Assembly (NCBI RefSeq): GCF_037042905.1
Contig: NC_087245.1
Location: 34,474,001 to 34,538,000 of the forward strand
DNA: 64,000 bases
Direction: 5' to 3'
From: Lytechinus pictus
Taxonomy: Eukaryota
Positions 54,697 to 64,000 of the stretch are shown here, piece after piece. The notes under the pieces were generated by a model. The model searched no databases. It was not told the origin of the DNA and saw only the letters and a program-made list of their open reading frames with translations. A program made the translations under genes and the position numbers. Position 1 is the stretch's first letter, and each line of letters opens with the position of its first letter.

Positions 54697-55299
54697 AGGT
54701 CAAGTCCACCCCAGAAAAAATGTTAATTTGAATAAATAGAGAAAAATCTAACAAGCACAACACTGAAAACTTCATCAAAATCCGATGTAAAATAAGAAAG
54801 TTATGACATTTTAAAGTTTTGCATATTTTTCTCAAACAGTTATATGCACAACTCAGTGATATGCAAATGCGAGAGTATATGATGTCCAACACTCACTATT
54901 TCTTTTGTTTTTTATTGTATGAATTATATAATATTTCAATTTATACAGAATTGACAGTAATGTAAAACTTGACTGAACTACATAATGTTAAACAATGTTA
55001 ATTCCACAAGTTCAGGGAGGAATAAAGCTCGATTTCAAATGACATGGGTGAGAAAATCAGAATATTTCATATTTCAGATAATGAAATACAAAAGAAATAG
55101 TGAGTGCATGATGTCATCAGTCCCCTCATTTGCATACTGGCCTGGATGTGCATATAACTTTTTTGTGAAATTAAGCAAAACTTTAAAATGTCATAACTTT
55201 CTTATTTTACATTCGATTTTCATGAAATTTTCAGTGTTATGATTGTTGGATTTTTATCTTTTTATTCAAATCAACTTTTTGTCGGGGTGGACTTGTCCT
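54697..55299. mobile_element. Kolobok-like MITE with long inverted arms
   Basis: TTAA|aggtcaagtccacccc ... ggggtggacttgtcct|TTAA. Inverted similarity extends more than 150 bp (aaataagaaagttatgacatttt / aaaatgtcataactttcttattt). Confidence 0.85.
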
Positions 55300-57251
55300 T
55301 TAACAGAATTATAATCATGTTTGATCCCTAATTGATTTTACCAAATGTATACTTCATGTGGGAGATCATAAACGGTGTTTCATTCTTGAAAGTCATGTAA
55401 AGGCTGTAAAAATAATTGGATTTAATTCTTAAAGATGAAAAAATAAATGAACACCGCATACATACACTGAACAAAACACGGCGCGTGCATATTTTGGCCA
55501 TTTTCAAACTTGATATATAATAATGATAATTACCTTAATTAATGAAAGCGACATTATAAAATATAAAATGCGGCAAGTGACAAAATAGTCGAAAATGATC
55601 ATTCTAACCAAATAACAAGAAATAGGAGTATAGGCCTACTGAGGGCCTCGATTCTATGAGCTGATCTTTACTTTGATATATCATATAACATTCCGTGCTG
55701 GACATTTTTCTGTATCATAAATTCCTTTTTATCACAAATTTTGATAAATCAACCAGCATGTTCTGGATAATCTGATATTCGTAAGATTTACGTGGCTTTG
55801 TATAAAGGCAGCTATCAATCTTCAAATTTTAAACACTCGCGTTTAATATGACGTCATAATGGAAGTGATGGAGCAGTGTTTACCTTTCATGTTGTACAGT
55901 TTTCTCACACCATGCCAGTCACGCCCACTATTGTCGAGGGGAATCCCCAAATGTCATTACCGATGTTGCTGCTGACTGATGCATGAATGGAAAAGTTTAT
56001 GATGTTATTTGACATCCCGTGAAGCCTTACTGAACCAAAATAGCAGAGGAACGGAAATCTGTTTATTTTTTATATTCGCTTGAGGAAAAATAGTGTTTGT
56101 ACTTGGCCTATTCAAGAGAAATTATTATTTTTAAATCAATAATTCAATATTGCACGCATCCCCGTATTTCATTAGTGCTGTTAACATACTCATTGTTTTG
56201 CGTTTTATTGTTAAAACGGAAATGCCAAAGGCGAAGTGGAATGTTTAGCTCAATAAGCAATTAGTTTTTCGTAATGGAAACTTCCACATAATCTTTTTTG
56301 TCTAAATAATATAGGTATAAATGAAATCACGTGGCATTTCGGCCGGGGGGGGGGGGGTTGTTTGCTTTATTTTTCTTTTGCATTCATAAAATAATGTTCC
56401 CATGTGGAGTCCAGTTAAGGTAATTTAAAGGAGGGCATAAAAGTGACTTGATTTGTTTATTATGATTTATCAAAGAAATGCAAGCTAATTGTAGTTAAAC
56501 AATAAATTCATCTTTTTTCACATGCTATATTTCTTTATTTGTTCCGTTTCCTTCTCCCCCATCTTTTTTTTTATCTCTTGAAAGTCGCCCATTGGCTTCC
56601 CTTCGGACTCCCACCCCCCCCCCCCCCCCCCCCACCCCTTCCATCCCATGCAGTAGCCCTTCACCGGATACAGCGAAACATAGTAGGGAAACATTATAGT
56701 CTTCAGATTTCAGATTTCTATTTTAAAAAAAAATTGAACAGGTGGTATTATAACACCGTTTTTAAAAGACATTGTAGCACATTTTTTTTAATGCATGCAT
56801 GGACCCTACAAAATGCCTATTTCCCCCCAAAAAATAGGGGAAATAAATAACTTTGCAGTGATAACATATTCACAACATCTTCTTGTTTTTCCATGAAATT
56901 TCGCTCTACTTCCATTCCTTTGTTTCCTATTTTCTTCTTTCACTTCTTTTTTAAACGAATCCAATCGATTTCAACGTTGAATTCCTTCGTTGATATTCAT
57001 GATCCTGACATACACATACATGCAGACAATGGATTATTTCTGGAATCGGGGATTTTGAAGGAAAGCAAAAGGCATTATGTCGCAATCGCAAAGGCAAACT
57101 GCATCGAGTTGAGCAACGTAAGATACATCGGTATGTAACTTTCAATTTAAGAAAAACAATGAGAGAGAGAGAGAGATGAGAAAAGAAGAGATAACAATGA
57201 CATTGTCAAAGATAATGATTTCACATAGTTGTTTATATGAGTTCCGTTTAA

Positions 57252-57629
57252 AGTGATTGGTTAACATTGGTTTGACTTTTAAAAAATCTGAGCTAGAAGG
57301 TCACACTTGTCACCTGTGTCTGTGATATGTTACAAAAATGAAGCCCAGACAAAATTGCGTTCGAAAATAATTATTTAGTGCTTCAAAAATTGAAATATAA
57401 AGTGACCGAAAACACCATCTTAATTTCATCCCATACACTTATGTGTACTATTTAGGCGTCTATAAGACGCCTATTTACAAAATCGGGGTTTGCCTTGTAG
57501 TTTTAGCTTTTCATTCTCAATAATGGTTGTTTTCAGGGTTTATTAGTTCTAATACATGCACTTGTACACATGTTTCATCTTGGTTTGATAATTTTTTTAA
57601 TCGGCTGCTCACAAAGTTACACAATACCT
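57252..57629. mobile_element. TTAA-flanked element (Kolobok-like)
   Basis: TTAA on both sides. Weak TIRs agtgattggttaac / gttacacaatacct. Internal palindrome taggcgtc..gacgccta. Confidence 0.45.
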
Positions 57630-57876
57630 TTAAAGTTTACCAAACTCCGTTGTTGATTTGCTTCTTTCATTTTTTTTTTAGTTAATCGTTAGTGCTTGTT
57701 CGCCTTTGGCGCATGGTGGATTTGAGTATGTATGCTCGACTGACAAAAATTACAACCCAACTAAATATTGATAATATTATTATACCCGTGCTTTTTAATA
57801 ATATTGAAGTATGTGGATGATTTGATATTATATATTGCGTGCATTCTAGTCGTGATACTGGTACGGATAATAATGA

Positions 57877-58031
57877 TCGTGTTTACACTAACCTTGATCG
57901 GCTTTTGGTTCAGAACCAAAAACCGATGCAGAATCGGCTTTTGGTTTATCTTGCACTGCGTTTACACGCTGTAACAGCTCGCGGTTCAGAACCGAGAGCC
58001 GATGCAGAAGCCGATTAAGTGTAAACACGGT
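57877..58031. mobile_element. Short MITE
   Basis: cgtgtttacact / agtgtaaacacg termini. Internal repeats of ggttcagaacc and ccgatgcaga. Confidence 0.6.
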
Positions 58032-58972
58032 ATATATGTAAGTCCTACTTCTTTTGTTGGACAAAAGACATGTTAAAAACAGTTATACGCAATGAATCCC
58101 CATCTTTTCTTAAATGTTCCGAATTACGCAACCAGTTTCATTTGCAGTTAGCCTACTTTCTCGTGTTTTTTAACAATGGGGTGTTTATCAAAAACCTTTA
58201 ATCTTGTAATAGACTTGTATACATTCCATCAAATAGGTTAATGTATGCAATCTGAATGAATGCCTGTATCTTGTCCGTATTCATTGGTCCATTGATAACT
58301 TGCCGTAAACATGGTAAAGATGATTGTCCTATATAGGCCTATTCGATTTGAATTGAAAAGGGCTCAGGCAGATGCTAATTCCTGTAACTTTATGAAAAAA
58401 ACTACTGGGCCTATTTGCAATTATAAAATTCCACTATACATTCAAAGTATTCTTGCCAAGAAATTGCTCAGTCGCTTAAAAATACAAATTCTATAAGGGA
58501 ACACAACACTTAAAGTATTCGTGTCAAGAATTTGGTCAAAATATGGTGAAGGGCATGTTATTAAAGGGCAAATTAAAACTGTTCTTTTTGGAGGAAAAAG
58601 AAAAATCAGACAAATCGATAGCAGGGCCCTGCATGGGGGTTTTTGTACAGGTGGTTGGCGTAAGAAAAAAAAAGACAAGCAAAAAGCAAGGGGGGGGGGG
58701 TTATTGCTCTCAAATCTCCGTCATTTCGGAGCAATACACCTTTTTTTTTGCCTATAACATACGCCGCACCTCCTGAAAAATCTTGGGGGTGTTTAGCCCC
58801 CGCTTCTCAGGGCCATTGTCGATAGGTGAAAATTTGAAGGAAAAAAACATCGGACAAATAATAAGAGTCATAATGAATGAAAATAATGATTTTTTAAAAG
58901 TGGTAAAAATTGGTAATCACTATACATACGGAGACATAAAATTGAAACATGGAATATCACGTAACTGCACCC

Positions 58973-59225
58973 CACTGGCGTAGTGAGCAAAATTTTGAGG
59001 GGGCTTGATATCTCGTATAATGTAAAATTAATGAAATTCGCTAGCTCGCAATTTCGAAATTTTATTACAAAAATCCAAGTTTGTGATAGATTTTGACATA
59101 ATATTCATAAAACGATATCATATTTAATCCTTATTCCTTTCCTTTTCTCTTTTTTTTTCTTGGTCATGTAAAATTGGGGGGGGGGCGCCCAAGCCCCCCC
59201 CCCCCCCCCCATCTGTACGCCAGCG
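58973..59225. mobile_element. hAT-like MITE
   Basis: cactggcgta / tacgccagcg termini. Flanks CTGCACCC / CTGTACCC match at 7/8. Same family as 60156-60401. Confidence 0.75.
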
Positions 59226-60155
59226 CTGTACCCATAGAAAGAAATATTCATTAATTAAATCACTTGGTAAACATGCCTATTGGTGAAGTATAGGCTAATA
59301 TATAATATATATTCGTGTCAAGAATTTGCTCTATTATCATTATTGTAAAAACAAATGCAAATTCAAAGGGAGACTGAAAAGTATTCGTGCATGTATAGCA
59401 GTTGGTCAATTATTGTGTAGAGGTCAGAATAAGAGAAAAGTTCACACTGACAGTAAATTAGTTACATAACAATCTCACAAATATCAACAATTTGGTGCTT
59501 CGTAATTGACTATGATAATGAATAACAAATGATAATTACACAAGGGGTGCCGAATGAGAATCTCAAACAGTGCTTTAATTTTTGCGCATTGCCCTGCTTC
59601 GAGTGAAGCGAACCGAGAGACTCAAAATTGTTAATTTTACATTTTGTAATAAGCCGGGGACATGGGGGATCGGCCAGATATCAAAGGATATTAAAACTTG
59701 GCTTGTTGAATATCATGATAATGGCACAATAAAAAACCTTTAAGTATATTCCCGCCCTAATATACTTTTTTATGGGGGGTGGTAATTTGCTGTGTTCTCG
59801 TTTTATTGAACAAAGAAAAACAACCGGGTGTACATTCTTCTCCTTTAAATATCCCTTTTTGTCCTCTTTAAATTACAATCTTAGTGAGGACAGTGCCTTT
59901 AAAATAGAAAATCACATTTAAAGGGATGGGCCATTATTTCAATGGAGCATGTTACTACATGTTTTTAACCACTATAAATTTGTAAACACCCGTGTCACAG
60001 TGAGTGAGCAATATAGGCCTATAACAATGTGGATTATTCATGAATGGGTAGATGGAGGTTGAACAAAAAAAGAAACAAACTAAAAGAATTATAAACAAAG
60101 CGGTTGACTACTTTTGATAAAAGAATAAATAGGCTGTATATATTATCGTTCATGC

Positions 60156-60401
60156 CAGTGGCGTAATTAGCCAAAAATTTTGAGAGGGCCAGTTAGACCT
60201 ATGGCGTATTGCGTAAAGTTTATAAAAAGTTGCGATTGAGCGAAGCTAAACAATATTATGATAGATTTTCACATAATATTCAGAAAATAATATCATAAGT
60301 CACCCTTCTCTAATTCCTTTTCTCTTTTTTTTCTTGGTCGTGAAAAGTCTAGGGGGCAAGGACCCCCCCCCCCCCCCCAGTTCCCCTTCTGTATGCCAGT
60401 G
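60156..60401. mobile_element. hAT-like MITE
   Basis: cagtggcgta / tatgccagtg termini. Flanks GTTCATGC / GCTCATGC match at 7/8. Confidence 0.75.
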
Positions 60402-60598
60402 GCTCATGCCTTTATGTTAATCCTAAAGTATTAGGATTTCATATAAAAAACAAGCTCTCAACTCCGACCCCAACGGAGGAGGAGGGGCAAGGGGGAAAAC
60501 CACCGGACCCCTATCATGGTTTTCAAGTGAAGTAAAAAGAGAAAGAGAGCAATAAGAAAGAAAGGGGTGAAAAGGGGAAAATAGAATAAGGGTATGAT

Positions 60599-61072
60599 CA
60601 GTGGCGGATCCAGGGGAGGGGGGCATTTCCAGTCCGCCCCCCCCCCCTTTAAGAGTCACAGTCAATATTTTTAATTCAAATATGTCGTTCATACACAAGT
60701 GTGCCCTCCCGTTTGAGAGTCACAGCAATCATTCTTAGTGGAAATAGTCGTGCATACACAAGTGAGGACCTTTTTTTTTTTTTTTGCTTGTCAAATTTTA
60801 TATGGGATAAAATGGCCTTAATTTTTTTAATGGCAATATTTTTTTTATACAATTTTGCGCGATACAAAACGACCTTCATTTTTTAATGACAACCGTTCCC
60901 TTTATTTATTTTTTTGCTTGTCAAATTTTAAGCGGGACAAAACGACCTCAATTTTTTTAATGACAACCTCTTTTTTAGTGACTATTTTTTTTCCCCTTTT
61001 TTTTTTGCTTGTCAAATTTTCCTATATGGAAAATGTGCCCCCCCCCTTTGGAAAATCTTGTATCCGCCCCTG
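60599..61072. mobile_element. GC-ended MITE with internal repeats
   Basis: cagtggcggatcca / tgtatccgcccctg termini. Repeated tttttgcttgtcaaattt units, shared with 8958-9217 and 12762-12928. Confidence 0.65.
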
Positions 61073-63293
61073 TATTATAGGATCTTCTTGAACCCCCTCC
61101 CATCAAATACCCTGGAGCCGCCCCTGTATGACCGACGTTGACCATCACCTTGAAAAGCGGACAGTTACCCGGTTCCGGCCTTCTTTTTCTAAAATCATAA
61201 TTCCCCCCCCCCCCCCCTTAGTAGAAAATTCTGGAATATCGATTCGAAGAAGACAAGAATTATGATTGTTTATAGAGAAATATGAAATCACCCTAAATTT
61301 GGGAAGGGTTGTGGATGAACATTATACACTAGAATAAATTCAAACGGAGAATTTAGTGCAAAATTTGGAGTGAAATTTTCATTTTACTCTTTATTATCTC
61401 TCAATCTCGATCATCAATCGAATTCGTCGGTTTAAGCATTTAACTATCAAACACTAAAAAAAAGTATGGGAATCAAACTTTTTACTCAAAATAGACTTTG
61501 TAGACTGCATATTTTATAATTCATTTTAAGGAAATGACACATTGATTTGATATGTTTAGATTTTTTTTCAGTATGGAGAGTGTGGGTGGGGCATGGACTA
61601 AATAAGAGATGGGGTAAGATTGAGGGCGGCGGCGGGGGGGGGAGGTAATATTCGAGACAAAGCAGCACAGGATAAGGAAGAGAAATCTTGAATTTTCTCG
61701 ACAGATTCATCCTCATTGTGCAGAGTGAAGTTATGAAGAAACAAAACTCTCGATGGTTTAATTTCTCAATTTCCATGTCTGAGTTTCATGAAGCCTGGAT
61801 ATGACCACGGACAACTATTCAATGTTAATGAACCCAAATTTAAGACCTTCAATTCCATGACCGTGTTTCAACAAGTGAGTCAGCCGGGCGCATCACAACG
61901 CCCTGCGAGTACGTGTGAGTCATTCCATTCCAAAATAGAAAATGACGTAATATCGAGGATGCCCCTATCCCAGACAAGGTAGAAAATAATTATTTAGAAA
62001 ATCCTCAATCATTGATTGGGACAATGAATGATGACGTCATCATTAGTGATGGATTTACATCAATAATGAAAAAATATAAAACCTATTTTTATTGAATCAT
62101 TAAAAAAATGATTTATCTTATGTAAGCCACACCACTTGTATCATTTCTTCAATCGTGTTTCACATTATGAATAATTTACTTAAAAATTAATGAATGATAA
62201 CATAAATTTAATCCCAAATTTGTTTTAGACAATATTGAGTTTTGGTAAGAATCTTAATTTTAAAGGTTTGCATTTATTTTCCAGATGATTATAATGGAAC
62301 GGCTCGGAGGATGCGATCCAAAGTATGATATTTTTAGTAGAAATTTCGAATAAAAGTATTACATTTTTTTTAATCTGCGAAATAAACATAGGCAAAACCG
62401 GGGTGATTTCATCGTGAACACGATCAAAGCATCACTACTGTTTCGTGTTTTTTTTTTGCACATTTTATTTTTCTCCCTCTTCACCTCACAAATAAAGTTC
62501 AAAGATACATTTTCTTCAGCTTTCCTTTTAATCTGTGTGAGAAGACACAAGCCTCCCCTCCCCCACCCCCGGGATCATAAGATTTGGTTCGGAAGGGGTT
62601 TGCAGCTGAAACCTTCAAACCTATACCTATTTTAAGGGCATTTTGAAGGTCCAAGGCCCCCTAGCCGCCCCATATAATTATGATCGGTATATTTTAGACA
62701 TGGAGCGAGGCAATGGCGGCGTCATGGCTGACAGCTGTTAGCGATTGGTGGGGATCGTCCTATAAACTAGAGGCCCTATATGAAATGATTTGCGTTATGA
62801 ATTAAAAGAAATAAATAGCTTACATTCCTTTTTTTCTTCAAATAATTTTGTCTTTATCCTTCACTTTTCTATTTCGTTCCAGTCCAATTAATATTGAGTT
62901 TTCGTTTCTCAAAAAAAAAATAGAAGAATGGTAAACATGGCAAAGTTAAAATGACATCACTGAGAAAAGGGGAACAGATAATTCCTTTTACCAACGAAAT
63001 ATCGATCTAAAATTGTGATGAATGACGAATCGAAAATTGTCAACCGTTTTAAGAAATCAATCTAATTGACTATAGAAACGTCCTTAAATTTCATGAATAT
63101 CTGGATAACAACATCATAGAGATCTAAGCGTTCTTGATTTTGTTTATCTCGATATAACTCGCTAAATAAAATTAATTATATCTTAAGTTAAAGTTTCATC
63201 ATTAAGTTTTAATACCATAATGTATTAGTATATGAAACATCACATATTACCTATCTGAAATCGGACTAAAGCAGATTCGCGGATTCGCTTTAA

Positions 63294-63681
63294 AGGTATA
63301 TGACGGAAGCTACAGCAAACAATTATTTCATGAGAAAGTCTTTTAGATCATGCATGGTTTATTGTCAAAATATATTTATCATACATCTAGATCTGGTACA
63401 TGTAAACTTATCTTTGTAAAATGTTGAAGTCTTTTTCGATAATTCTGATGATCATTAGCACGGAAAAGCATATGTTGGACAGTGTATGAATATTGCTTCG
63501 AAAAATACCCGACATTTGATGGAATTCCGTGCTTATTTTGCTCATTTTTCAGCAATTATGCATTTTCTTCTAGAGCTATGTGGCACATATTTTTTTTTAT
63601 TTATCCATACAAACACTTTGGTGGTAATTTCATTGGATTCTGTTCGAACTCATTTTAAAATCGTTACCACAACTGGTATCT
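63294..63681 (-). mobile_element. Diverged inverted relative of the 36107-36899 element
   Basis: TTAA flanks. Shares atctagatctggtaca, ttcattggattctg and atcgttacca in reverse orientation. Confidence 0.7.
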
Positions 63682-64000
63682 TTAAATCTGTATGTAGAGC
63701 TAAGCTTCATGTAAAACGTCACGTAGACTCGTGGGTGTGTGATAATAACGATTGACTATTCAAGCAAACTTAACTCGAATATGAAATGAATTTGGTCCCG
63801 TTATTTCTCATATAAGCTATTGTTTGCTACTGAATTGTTCCATTTGCCCGACATCACTTTCAATAGATGTTTTGATGGAATCTCTCTTTTCAGCAGTTGG
63901 TTTTTCATGCTGTATAAAGACCTTTGAAAAGGGTGTATACCGGGTGTATAATTAGCAGGTTATATTCATAATAGGGGTTTGTAATGTACCCTATGGGGGG

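Overview
AT-rich, repeat-laden eukaryotic (metazoan) DNA. The repeat families and composition suggest an echinoid/sea urchin, but that assignment is inference. The main content is a complete 8-exon minus-strand gene (CDS 52596->20066, 1719 nt, 572 aa by my splice reconstruction) of the ZNF704/ZNF395/SLC2A4RG (Glut4EF/HDBP) family. It has an N-terminal Tudor-like/DUF4772-type region, an MDDVMAAMVLTSL motif, one C2H2 finger, an acidic EEEFYYTE block and a C-terminal C-clamp. It has a CCAAT/CRE promoter at ~52.8-53.0 kb and a probable ~5.3 kb 3'UTR. A second minus-strand gene begins at 7174 with a signal-peptide exon and runs off the left edge. The remainder is non-autonomous DNA transposons (hAT-, Harbinger-, Kolobok-like and TA-flanked MITEs), a tRNA-SINE, a DINE/Helentron-like element and simple repeats. 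There are no prokaryotic features, CRISPR arrays or intact transposases. The most notable observations are (i) four 18-25 bp CAT..ATG palindromes with 7-8 bp target duplications that look like P-superfamily excision scars, (ii) a degenerate ~36-bp tandem array built from the stop-codon region of the ZNF704-like gene, and (iii) pervasive TACATGTA/TACAGTA/TAGGCCTA motifs that may be TA-transposon footprints.
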